Of a stretch of 64,000 bases of DNA, positions 14,901-23,587 are shown piece after piece. Both the position numbers and the translations under genes were made by a program. Location: IMG/VR virus record IMGVR_UViG_3300001525_000584, positions 32,001 through 96,000 of that record. One strand, given 5' to 3'. The DNA comes from a virus. Lineage: Duplodnaviria; Caudoviricetes. The notes below the pieces were generated by a model that ran no database searches, had not been told where the DNA came from, and saw only the letters and a list, made by a program, of their open reading frames with translations. Each line of letters opens with the position of its first letter. Position 1 is the stretch's first letter.

Positions 14901-15638
14901 GGCGGAGAAAATGTTTCTCTATTATTCATTAATGTGCTAGCAAAAGAAGACACAGTTACTTTAAATGATTATCCTTTAATTTATTGTGCTGATATAAAAC
15001 CTACAGCTTTAGCACCCAGTTCTGTAGAAGTTCATTCTTATGATACTGAGTACTATACAGTAAGCGTAAATGCAGATGAAAAAGGTACTATAAAGCCTGT
15101 AGAGTTGATAACACCTACTATTAAGGGTTATTCAAATCTATTTATGCTTTATGTAGATTCTTCAAACGATAAGTTGATTAAAGTAACTAATGCTGAAGAA
15201 GTTTCTGGTACAGGAAAAGATGGAAACACTCTTAATACAGGTGTACATCTGTTTAGAGTCATGACAATAAATAATTCTATGGCCAAAGTACAAATAACGG
15301 CCGATGATTCAGCAAAATGTATTATGAGCAGAGTAAAAATAATAAAGAGTGATGGTACTGAATTATTATTAAATGAACGGCTAGGATTAAAGGGTTCTAA
15401 ATATTTTAGTGATTTAAAAACATTTATCACAGGAGCTGACGGCATGAATAATGAAGAAGCTTTTAATAAATGTAACTTTTTAACTAAAATAGAATCTTCT
15501 ACAGCTATAGAGACATCTTATGATTTAGATGATGGCAGAATTTTCTTCGATGTAAATAACTTAGCAAATGCCTGGGTGTTACCTGAGATCGACTTTAAAA
15601 ACTATGATGTGCGCATAGCTCAAAACTGCAATAAGTAA
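11946..15638 (+). CDS. Baseplate wedge protein gp6/gpJ-like with long C-terminal extension
   Basis: 'YTNKDFGTI...DPFILLL' N-terminus; 'ETIDEA...LVTCRDY' gp6 motif. Confidence 0.75.
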   Translation: MAVTERDLTISNISYTNKDFGTIYPELLDIAKKLSYKFDPTSSNESDPFILLLKLLAFMGDKINYNVDKNVLERFASSLTQETSMKDLTDRLGYHMHYYKTAIAEVVFKCNKTLSASISIPAFSVLKDSTGTVQFVTVSAAEINKNTQISAPVEAYQGELKTVNVLGEEVLNEWNLDENNRIYFPEAFVAENGVFICTSQGTYLDNEWRAVPYINSEVVYGDKVYCFGYDSEQVRPYIQFPEWFANIVGDGIIIRYLVTKGEEGNVSAKSITTISTLSQEELPEDIEINDIVVQNNSAAVSGTSPETIDEAYEGLKRTLGTFNTLVTCRDYANAIYEALKYEDDQPYVSNVQVGDRRNDINYSCPVMTYDVNGAKTVSVTNKENVTPYDLCLYPFTPNTVSSVSSEIISSYEKTFTGLANIDTIKTLLEDDTRDFKKSLSHDYKTFKQNDIFAIKNYYKLTGIISTVNKVNKLEQIEILEKIKLALAKKYSARDVDFGYEIPYDELVKTMTEADARIKLVTLYEPELTPKAYLVDYSDGNVTHYAETELEAHTDANDNDWFKFIVAKNILSGRIEAFTYEKTFEYAYDEKLISGQTTCLPCGELEKIGSFTSEANITVPAGEEGYTLKQNEVIEFTADNYLTTKTYPYGINYYLKLASGASYIPKNAEYTIAEGDEVTFIYTDSEDIARADILSAGTIIKPNFDFYTTTYRTGSHGEYTYGETPRTKVVNGKSYACFLLEASQEVQIRELAAQTFTEGRRVYWQLNDADNVMYFDANGEYILKSGEQLFISDNQFINLLAFGSGTKLKATFKTDEDKVWAPKSDYRRVTDIAALYTDGLAAMAPYFVYKDFSSTNPFTATEQSIITLCEGDKIISDKKVTLNNNAFTETTAQFSYKLASQDKAVMLPERKGEEHPWRGRAILDISAGPDTWQTLTGNQKITFNKVKWVIKGTQSSWQPVTDGSISIAASDSAQNSFKFDNLTQKEGGENVSLLFINVLAKEDTVTLNDYPLIYCADIKPTALAPSSVEVHSYDTEYYTVSVNADEKGTIKPVELITPTIKGYSNLFMLYVDSSNDKLIKVTNAEEVSGTGKDGNTLNTGVHLFRVMTINNSMAKVQITADDSAKCIMSRVKIIKSDGTELLLNERLGLKGSKYFSDLKTFITGADGMNNEEAFNKCNFLTKIESSTAIETSYDLDDGRIFFDVNNLANAWVLPEIDFKNYDVRIAQNCNK

Positions 15639-15652
15639 AGAAGGGAACTTTT

Positions 15653-16471
15653 ATGAAAATAGATAAATTAGTTCCTGAGGTATATTATAAAGAGTCCCGA
15701 GATTTTAGTTATATAGGACGACTATTCGAAATAGTTTGTAACTATATGAAGATGCAGGCTGATTTAGTAGGCGTACCTTTACAGAGCGAAAACATAAATG
15801 CAGATTTAATAGAGCTGGCTGCAAAAACAGTAGGTTTTGAAACAAAGCACACTTATGTAAATAAAGACCTTTTAGCTCTGGTAAACAACTTTGCCGATAT
15901 AGTAAAGGAAAAGGGCAGTTTATCATCTGTTGAAAAGGCTGTGCGACTATTATCTCGATGTCATGATTTAAAAGTTGCGTCTGTTGGTGCAGTAACTATA
16001 AATGCAGAAGATCCATATAAATTAAATATTTTGTTACCTTATGGTACTTCTGATGTTGTTTTATTAGAGGATTTATTAAATTATATTTTACCTGCTGGCT
16101 GGCTATACGAGATCGAATATGGCGATGCAGCAGAAGAAAATCCTGAAACAACCGTTCCTTCTAATGTTGATGAACTTTTCATCGTGCCTTATTCAGAAGA
16201 AGACGGTGCATATTTATCTTATGTTACTAAAGTTGCTGAAAAAGATGAAGGTTCTGTGGACAAAGAACGTCATACATGGCCTACAGGTTTGGTATATAAC
16301 GATGGTAAAAAAGATGAAGAAGAAGAAAATCATCAGTATGCCGTTACAGATATCAACACTGAAGTGGATGCTACTATTTATGAACAGGTAAAAAAGGGTG
16401 ATATAGTTGACAACGATGAAGGTGACTTCGATAAATTAGAGATCATAGATTTACGTGATTTGAATAATTAA
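15653..16471 (+). CDS. Baseplate protein gpI/gp7-like
   Basis: 'KGSLSSVE...YILPAG' motif; follows the gp6-like gene. Confidence 0.6.
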   Translation: MKIDKLVPEVYYKESRDFSYIGRLFEIVCNYMKMQADLVGVPLQSENINADLIELAAKTVGFETKHTYVNKDLLALVNNFADIVKEKGSLSSVEKAVRLLSRCHDLKVASVGAVTINAEDPYKLNILLPYGTSDVVLLEDLLNYILPAGWLYEIEYGDAAEENPETTVPSNVDELFIVPYSEEDGAYLSYVTKVAEKDEGSVDKERHTWPTGLVYNDGKKDEEEENHQYAVTDINTEVDATIYEQVKKGDIVDNDEGDFDKLEIIDLRDLNN

Positions 16472-16479
16472 ATATAAAA

Positions 16480-16507
16480 GAAAAGACAGCCCCTGCGCTG
16501 TCTTTTC
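16480..16507 (+). terminator. Rho-independent terminator
   Basis: gaaaagacagc / gctgtcttttc inverted repeat. Confidence 0.6.
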
Positions 16508-16561
16508 GTATGTAAATTTTCTTGCTAAATTTTAAAAATATATGATACAGGCGAGGCGTTT

Positions 16562-17167
16562 ATGAAGTTCATGAACAAAGTAAAATTAATCGATCTCACT
16601 AAGCCCGCAGAAGTCGAAACGCCAAAGGCCGAGGTTAAAAAAGCACCTCAAATAACAGTTGGCTACAAAGGCGAAGTAACCATCAAAAGAGTCGATACAC
16701 ACAGTAAAAAAACAAAAACATATAGAACACATAATCATGGAGAAGCAGGTCTTTTCAGCTTTTTAATTCATGCTTTACAGGGTGAAAATATGAAGCAGTA
16801 CAGGCCACGTTACTTAATGTTATATGATGCTGAAGATAATGCATTATTAACACAAAGAGCCATGATCGCTTTTACACCCACAGCTTATAAAACACAAAAT
16901 AATAGATATATAGTATCTTATGATACTTGCGATTCTGTTGTGTTCAGTTTTATCATACCTTCTACACAATTTAAGGCAGGAGGTGCAACAGTAACTAAAG
17001 CAGCCTTATTTAATGATCGAAGTTCTTCAAATGCTTTAACAAATAATGATGGACTTTGTGCTGTAGCAGAATTAAATTCAGGTATTCAGGTTACGGCGGG
17101 TACAAATTTAATGGTCTACTGGAGATTAAAATTTGAACCTATAACATCCGATGACGTCGATGTATGA
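16562..17167 (+). CDS. Baseplate / fibre attachment protein
   Basis: 'GEVTIK...HNHG' and 'LMVYWRLKF' resemble the gpH-type fibre N-terminal domain; synteny. Confidence 0.4.
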   Translation: MKFMNKVKLIDLTKPAEVETPKAEVKKAPQITVGYKGEVTIKRVDTHSKKTKTYRTHNHGEAGLFSFLIHALQGENMKQYRPRYLMLYDAEDNALLTQRAMIAFTPTAYKTQNNRYIVSYDTCDSVVFSFIIPSTQFKAGGATVTKAALFNDRSSSNALTNNDGLCAVAELNSGIQVTAGTNLMVYWRLKFEPITSDDVDV

Positions 17168-17188
17168 TTATAGTAAAGGAGAATTATA

Positions 17189-19378
17189 GTGCAGTATATA
17201 AATAGTGATAAAATTATAGTGTTTCCTTCTGCTTTTAGAGGCTCTCCTTATTATAAAAGTAGATTAACTTCAGAAGAAAATTTAACTCTATTAGGTAAAT
17301 ATTCTCGTAACGGTAATGCTGTTATAAAAGATGGCGATTATACTATTATAACCTTAGAGGGTTATGTCTTTAAAATGCTTACAACAGATGTACCTAAAGG
17401 CAACAGCTTATTTGCTATTATTTACATTAGAGAAGAAAACTCTATAAGGCACCTTAGTAAAGTTCCTAAAGCGGATGAAGATGGAACTTTAGACGATGAT
17501 ACCGGTAGTGGTGTTTTCCATGGTTTAGCTTTTGGGACTCAGGCTGAAGGCAACGATCATACAGCTTCTGTGCAGGTTCGGGATGCTTCTGGCGCCATCT
17601 CTTATACAAAAGAAAATGAGAGCTCTAAGACATATGATGCAGGCATGGCTGTTGTGACTGATGACTCGGGACATTTAGCAACAAAAAGTCTATACATGAG
17701 CCGATATGCAACCAAAGGTAGCACTTTAGGTTTCATGGATAAAGTATATATTTTACAGAACGATATCGGACAGGTAACCAGTTTAACAGCGTCCTTCGCT
17801 ACGCCTTCGCCTAAAGACTTAACTAGTACAGGATACGCAGTAGGCCGCATTTTAGGTATAGGTAGTGATGGCGCTTTAGCATGGCAAGCTCCCAGTACTT
17901 CTGCCGGAGCTAATGATGGCAGCTTCACTGTAAATGGTACTAAGATCTGGAGTGCAAATAGTTCTTCATCTGGCGGGTTAAATTTTTATGGGGATCATTT
18001 TACCACAACATATAGTAATGGTGTGGCTACGGTAAAGCTTAAAAACAGTGGTGGTAGTGGTTCTACTGTAGAGCCTAATAATGGCGAATTGCAAATAAAC
18101 GACAATGTTATTTTCAGAGCGAACCAGTCAGGCAACACTAATATAACGTTAGATTCTAATTATTTTACCTATGCGGATTATAAAGTCGGTTTAAATTTAG
18201 ATGCAATTCAGGCGGAGGTGACGGGGGATGTAAACGACGGAGGGTTTTATATAAATACCTCAGAGCTCTCTAAAAATAAAATCTTCAGTGCCAATCAAAA
18301 AGGTCAAACCGTTTTAAAATTTGATACTGATTATTTTGATTTTAATGGTGATACTAAGCAAATGAGCTTAAATCTCGACGGTCTGAAAACACAGTTAAAT
18401 ATAAATAATGCGGTGCTGAAAATACAGGCAAAAAATTCTGCTGGAAAAGTTGTAGATCATGAATTATTCACTGCTAATAGTGCCACAGATAAACAGCTAA
18501 GGTTTTCTCTGAGAGATTTTGAAATTAATACGGACCCATTAGACACCACGGGCAACACGTTCGCTTTAAAGTTGCAGAATGATTATTTATCGACCTTAAA
18601 AGCTTCTGATACACAGGGAGCATTAAGCTGTACACGATATGCAAATAATGGAACTATATATGAAGATACCGTTGCATTAAAAAACCTGGATGTCACAGGG
18701 GAGCCCACTTTTAAATCTTTAACATTAACCTCTGAAAATGATGCTGCAGGATCATTAAATATAGGTGTGAGCACAAGAGGCGGGATTATAGCATCTTCCG
18801 CGTTATATGGAGGCTTCGCGAGTATATACGTAGGTTCTAATGATACGACGCAAGTCGATAAAGCATGTATCACTTTGCAGGCGAATAATAATGCTGGGAT
18901 AGAAAAAGCAACTTTAAGTGTCACTAAGACATCAAAGTACGACACAGGCACCCTTAAACAGGCTGGAGTTTTCATCACGTCGGAAGATATAAAGTTAATG
19001 GGACGTGTTACCACGGGTACAGGATTAGGCGATTTAACAACACGTATTAGTTTAACGGCGGACAGTGGTGCTATAGAATGTGTTAAGCTTACGCAAAGCT
19101 CCGATGCACGATTAAAAGAAAACCTAGAGCCATTCTACGAACCCAAAAAATCCATCCTCGATTTACCTGTATATACTTATAACTTTATAGGTAGAGATGA
19201 AAAGATGCTGGGATGCTTAGCACAGGATCTGCAAAAGATTTGTCCGGAGATCGTAAATGAAGATACAAATGGATATTTAAGTATTCAGGAGTCTAAAATA
19301 GTTTATTTACTTTTAGAAGAAGTTAAGAAGTTGCGGGCAGAACTGGATATATTAAACACGAAGCAGGAGATTAAATAA
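17189..19378 (+). CDS. Tail fibre/spike with C-terminal peptidase S74 intramolecular chaperone
   Basis: 'SSDARLKEN...LAQDLQKICPEIV' S74 signature; four internal N-x-G/A...F/W-x-A-N repeats. Confidence 0.8.
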   Translation: MQYINSDKIIVFPSAFRGSPYYKSRLTSEENLTLLGKYSRNGNAVIKDGDYTIITLEGYVFKMLTTDVPKGNSLFAIIYIREENSIRHLSKVPKADEDGTLDDDTGSGVFHGLAFGTQAEGNDHTASVQVRDASGAISYTKENESSKTYDAGMAVVTDDSGHLATKSLYMSRYATKGSTLGFMDKVYILQNDIGQVTSLTASFATPSPKDLTSTGYAVGRILGIGSDGALAWQAPSTSAGANDGSFTVNGTKIWSANSSSSGGLNFYGDHFTTTYSNGVATVKLKNSGGSGSTVEPNNGELQINDNVIFRANQSGNTNITLDSNYFTYADYKVGLNLDAIQAEVTGDVNDGGFYINTSELSKNKIFSANQKGQTVLKFDTDYFDFNGDTKQMSLNLDGLKTQLNINNAVLKIQAKNSAGKVVDHELFTANSATDKQLRFSLRDFEINTDPLDTTGNTFALKLQNDYLSTLKASDTQGALSCTRYANNGTIYEDTVALKNLDVTGEPTFKSLTLTSENDAAGSLNIGVSTRGGIIASSALYGGFASIYVGSNDTTQVDKACITLQANNNAGIEKATLSVTKTSKYDTGTLKQAGVFITSEDIKLMGRVTTGTGLGDLTTRISLTADSGAIECVKLTQSSDARLKENLEPFYEPKKSILDLPVYTYNFIGRDEKMLGCLAQDLQKICPEIVNEDTNGYLSIQESKIVYLLLEEVKKLRAELDILNTKQEIK

Positions 19379-20115
19379 TGTCTTCTTTATATACCAAACA
19401 GGACTATATAGATTACGTAAAAAGGCAGGTTTCTGGAGGTCTTTTAGAATTAGAGATCGAAGATGAGGTTATAGGGCGTTTTATAGAAGACGCCCTAGTA
19501 GAGCTCCGAAGATATTATGATATCCCTATTTTCATAACTGTGCCTTATTCTAATGTTATAGATTTAAAAGGCTTTGATCATAGCGCCGTTACAAATGTTT
19601 ATAGAGCCCAGTCTCCTCTAGGTCCTGATAATAGTTCCGGCTTTACAAATCAAACAGCTATGTCTGATCCTATGTATGTACAGCAGTGGGCAGTTTTTTC
19701 AGGTACCGGAATGATGTATAATTTACAAAACTATATAATGAATTATTTATCATATAGCACTTTAAATCAAATGCAGAATACCACGGGTGCTGACATGAGC
19801 TTCTTAGAAGATAAAAGAGCTAATAAATTGTATATTAACTGTAACAATAATATACCCTCTAATATAACTATAGAATACATACCTGTACTTAGAAGTGTAG
19901 AAGATATAACAGATGACTACTGGATCGATATATTAAAGAGATTATCTGTAGCCATGGTTAAAATAGCTTTAGGTCGGGTTCGTACTAGATTTACGCAGTC
20001 TAATGCTTTATGGACGCAGGACGGCGAAACGCTGTTAGCAGAGGGCAATGAAGAGATTAAAGAGCTAAGAGAAACTTTAAGAGTTAATAACAACCTCTTT
20101 ATACCTTTAGATTAA
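19378..20115 (+). CDS. Neck protein (T4 gp13-like)
   Basis: 'DYIDYVKRQV..G..ELEI' N-terminus and 'DGETLLAEGNEEIKEL' C-terminus as in gp13-like proteins. Confidence 0.65.
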   Translation: MSSLYTKQDYIDYVKRQVSGGLLELEIEDEVIGRFIEDALVELRRYYDIPIFITVPYSNVIDLKGFDHSAVTNVYRAQSPLGPDNSSGFTNQTAMSDPMYVQQWAVFSGTGMMYNLQNYIMNYLSYSTLNQMQNTTGADMSFLEDKRANKLYINCNNNIPSNITIEYIPVLRSVEDITDDYWIDILKRLSVAMVKIALGRVRTRFTQSNALWTQDGETLLAEGNEEIKELRETLRVNNNLFIPLD

Positions 20116-20125
20116 TGGAGGCTCT

Positions 20126-21070
20126 ATGAACGAAAATGAATTAAATGGATTAAATCAAATAGATACTGAGTGCAAATACTATGATGATGACGATGATTCT
20201 TTTGGCAGCATTAAAATAAAGTCTAACGAAAATATAGACGCGGATGTTGACAGCTATAAAAGAGAAACAGGCGTCATTATAGATTTGTCTGATGATCCTG
20301 TACCGCGCGCAAAAACGCGTTATAACGAGTGTTCTTTTGATACCCCAGTATCTACTCGCGAAGAAGAACAAATCGCGGTAAAACCCAAATATGAAGGTTA
20401 TAACGCTATAGATACAGAATGCAAGTATTATGATGACACTGAAGAGCCTGATTTTCCAGAAAAAGAAGAGCCTGAGTTTGCAGGCTTAGTTGACGAAAAT
20501 ATGGTAACTGAAAAAAGAAAAGTTATTAAAAAGAATTCATCGAACGTTCTGCAACAGGCTCAAAAGAAACATGCAGCAACCATTAAAAAGGGTGCATATA
20601 ATAGTCATTTTCATTTTTCTGGAAACCCTGAAAAAGAAGCAGCCATGTTTAATAATTCTGTGGATTCTTCTGCAACGCCGAGTTTTTCACCCGTAGGGCC
20701 TGCTTCTGGGGGCATGGGTGAATCTTTAAAGAAAAAGAAAAACAAAAATAGAGAACTCTTAGAAGAGATGTTTTCTATTATAGGTTTTGATGTTATCCCG
20801 AATTCAGATGGCACTATAAATGCTTTTGATAACTGCGATCCTGAAAATGATATAAATGCAACAGATATTAATGATTTAGTAGAAAAATTATCTCCTTATA
20901 TTAATATGTGTATTATTTATCCTTTAGAGGCTAAAACGGGTCAGTCTTTTGAAAATTATGCAGGCTGGTGCGACTGGTATAAAAATAATGAAAATAAATA
21001 CCCTAATTGCAAATCTGATATAGAATACTGTAACATCTTAGCAAATAAATTAGGAGAATGTGATTTTTAA
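20126..21070 (+). CDS. Hypothetical acidic protein with internal duplication
   Basis: IDTECKYYDD appears twice; GGAGG RBS. Confidence 0.5.
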   Translation: MNENELNGLNQIDTECKYYDDDDDSFGSIKIKSNENIDADVDSYKRETGVIIDLSDDPVPRAKTRYNECSFDTPVSTREEEQIAVKPKYEGYNAIDTECKYYDDTEEPDFPEKEEPEFAGLVDENMVTEKRKVIKKNSSNVLQQAQKKHAATIKKGAYNSHFHFSGNPEKEAAMFNNSVDSSATPSFSPVGPASGGMGESLKKKKNKNRELLEEMFSIIGFDVIPNSDGTINAFDNCDPENDINATDINDLVEKLSPYINMCIIYPLEAKTGQSFENYAGWCDWYKNNENKYPNCKSDIEYCNILANKLGECDF

Positions 21071-21071
21071 C

Positions 21072-21818
21072 ATGATCAGTGTTTATGAAAAATTTGAAAA
21101 ACATGATGAATTAAATCCTAAGTTATTTGATTCAAATAATAAGATGTTGCCAGAGGTCAGAGAAAAGCTTTTACAAATAGCGGATAAGTTCGTAGAGACT
21201 TTAAAAGAAGATGAGATTGCCATAGAGCTTATAGATATAAAATTAGTAGGCAGTAACTGTTCTTATAATTATACGGATAAGTCGGATGTAGATTTGCATT
21301 TAGTAGCCGATACAGAATCTTTAGAATGTCCCGATAATTTATATCCTCTATTATATTCAGCATATAGAGCTATTTTTAATCAAAAATATGATTTTTCTAT
21401 TAATGATATCCCTGTAGAGATTTTTGTGGAAACTAGCGATACAAAGCAACTAGAATCTTTACGATTAAAAGAAGCTCGCAAAAATACTTCTCTTAGATCT
21501 AATGGTGTATATTCTGTTTTAAAAGATGAGTGGATTAAAGAGCCTGTTGAAGGAGACATCCCAGAGCTAAATGAAACAGAATTTGAAGAGCGGTATCAAA
21601 AATGGGAAAATAGATATTTTGATTTATTAGAAACAGCCACTATAAACACCATAGAAGATTTTATAGAAGATATATATGAACTACGCAAAGATTCTTTAGA
21701 AGACGAAGGTGAATATGGATATGGTAACCAGGTCTTCAAAGAGTTTAGAAACCTAGGCTATTTAGATGCCCTAAAAGATCTAAAAAATACTTTAATATCA
21801 GATGAGTTAAGTTTATAA
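21072..21818 (+). CDS. Pol-beta-superfamily nucleotidyltransferase-like protein
   Basis: 'LVGSNCSYNYTDKSDVDLHL' hGS-x(n)-DxD motif; start probably ATG 21072. Confidence 0.7.
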   Translation: MISVYEKFEKHDELNPKLFDSNNKMLPEVREKLLQIADKFVETLKEDEIAIELIDIKLVGSNCSYNYTDKSDVDLHLVADTESLECPDNLYPLLYSAYRAIFNQKYDFSINDIPVEIFVETSDTKQLESLRLKEARKNTSLRSNGVYSVLKDEWIKEPVEGDIPELNETEFEERYQKWENRYFDLLETATINTIEDFIEDIYELRKDSLEDEGEYGYGNQVFKEFRNLGYLDALKDLKNTLISDELSL

Positions 21819-21831
21819 GAGGAGTAAATCT

Positions 21832-22635
21832 ATGTATCTTTTTGAAAATGCCTTTAAAGATTTAAGAGATGCTAATATAATTACTGAAGATTTAGATACA
21901 CGTTTCACAGAAGATCAGTTAAAATATTTTAAAAATACTGTCATTAAAGATGCACAGGGTTATCCTGAGGTCTGTTATCATTCAACTCCTTATGATTTTT
22001 CTTATTTTAATCGTGGAGATATAGGATATCATTTCGCTTCCGAGGGCATCGCCAAAGCTCATGCGGAGGCATATGAAGATCAGTTTTTCCAAGCCTGGGA
22101 GGACGAAGGCGATTTAGACGATTTTGAAACTGAATCCGACGAGATGATCTTTGATGAATTAGTAGCAAAGCGCATGAAGATTTGTTATTTAAATATTCAG
22201 CGCCCCGCGCATTTCGATATAGATCCCGGTAATTGGAACGACGGACCTGTGGTTGCAGGATTAATTTTATGTTCTAAAGTTCCCTTTACAAAAATAGAGG
22301 CGCAGCTGAATGCAAAAGGCATGAAAAACACAGAATACTTTTTAAGAAAATTAAAAAGCACTTTTGATGCCAGCCCTCTTAAACAAAATGCCCAGAGCTG
22401 CGTGGATATACCCTTAACTTCAGTAGATATAGAAAAGTTATTAGATACCATTCTCAATAATTCACCAATAACTGCAGTAAGAGATTTTATAAAGAGTAAA
22501 GGTTATGATGGTATTATTTATGTAAATTCGTGGGACGAAGCTGCTGGGGATTCTTCTTATATAATTTTCGATTCTAATCAGGCTAAATATATAACTAATT
22601 TACATCCCACTTCAGCAAAAGAATTAGACAAATAA
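21832..22635 (+). CDS. ADP-ribosyltransferase-like protein (ART-PolyVal-like)
   Basis: 'CYHST..F..F...G.HFAS' and 'KGYDGIIY...YIIFDSNQAK' match the pattern of ART domains in phage polyvalent proteins. Confidence 0.55.
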   Translation: MYLFENAFKDLRDANIITEDLDTRFTEDQLKYFKNTVIKDAQGYPEVCYHSTPYDFSYFNRGDIGYHFASEGIAKAHAEAYEDQFFQAWEDEGDLDDFETESDEMIFDELVAKRMKICYLNIQRPAHFDIDPGNWNDGPVVAGLILCSKVPFTKIEAQLNAKGMKNTEYFLRKLKSTFDASPLKQNAQSCVDIPLTSVDIEKLLDTILNNSPITAVRDFIKSKGYDGIIYVNSWDEAAGDSSYIIFDSNQAKYITNLHPTSAKELDK

Positions 22636-22653
22636 GGAAAAGGAGTCCGCAGC

Positions 22654-23451
22654 ATGCGTCATGAAAAATATTTACACGAAGCAACTAGAAAAGAGCTGCT
22701 GCGTAAATCCCGAAAAGCTAGAGGTTATACTAGTAAAATAGGTAGTCGTTGGATCGCAAAAGATAATTCATCTATAGCTAATACAGTAAAAGATTATAAT
22801 AATATAGACATGGATAAATTTTGGAAAAAAGATGAATTAGTATTTATAGTAAAAACTGAGGGTGAAACAGGTACTTATGATGTGACATTAGACTTTACTA
22901 ATATCTTATCTCGAATCAGAGAAGGTGTAAAGAATAATAAAAATCTTTTTGAAAAGAAAATAATATACGATGCCTTAGTTTCAGCTTTAAATAGTAGCGA
23001 TGTAAAAATATCTTGCACCTGTGGCGATTTTATTTATAGAATGGCTTATCAGGCAAGCAAACAGGGATATAAAGCCGGACCTCAGGAAACCCGAAGTTCT
23101 GATGTAACTAATCCTAATGATGATTTAGGTGCAGGTTGTAAACACGTCCTATATGTATTAAATAATGCAAGATGGATTAGAAACATAGCGTCCGTCATTA
23201 ATAATTATGTAAACTATGCAAAAGATCATATGGAACATCTTTATTCTCAGTATATTTTTCCCAAAATTTATGGCATGAGTTATGATAAGGCTGTGCAAAT
23301 GACTATAGATGATTATGAAAATGGAGAAGTAAAAAATAAATTAAATTCATCTCCGGAGCTGATTAATTTGTCAAATGCGCTAGGTAAAGATCGCGGAAAA
23401 ATTAAAAAGGGATCTAATAAAAATCCTGTTTCAGTCAAAAATAATAAATAA
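22654..23451 (+). CDS. SWIM zinc-finger protein
   Basis: CTC.DF...CKH motif. Confidence 0.7.
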   Translation: MRHEKYLHEATRKELLRKSRKARGYTSKIGSRWIAKDNSSIANTVKDYNNIDMDKFWKKDELVFIVKTEGETGTYDVTLDFTNILSRIREGVKNNKNLFEKKIIYDALVSALNSSDVKISCTCGDFIYRMAYQASKQGYKAGPQETRSSDVTNPNDDLGAGCKHVLYVLNNARWIRNIASVINNYVNYAKDHMEHLYSQYIFPKIYGMSYDKAVQMTIDDYENGEVKNKLNSSPELINLSNALGKDRGKIKKGSNKNPVSVKNNK

Positions 23452-23587
23452 AATATACGGGCAGAGCGACATAAAGGCTCTGTCCTTTATTTATTGAGAT
23501 CGTTGATATTATGCATTCTTTGCTAAATTATAAAAAGTGATAAAAAATGTATAATTTATGTAGAAACTATGTAGAAAGGAAAATATC

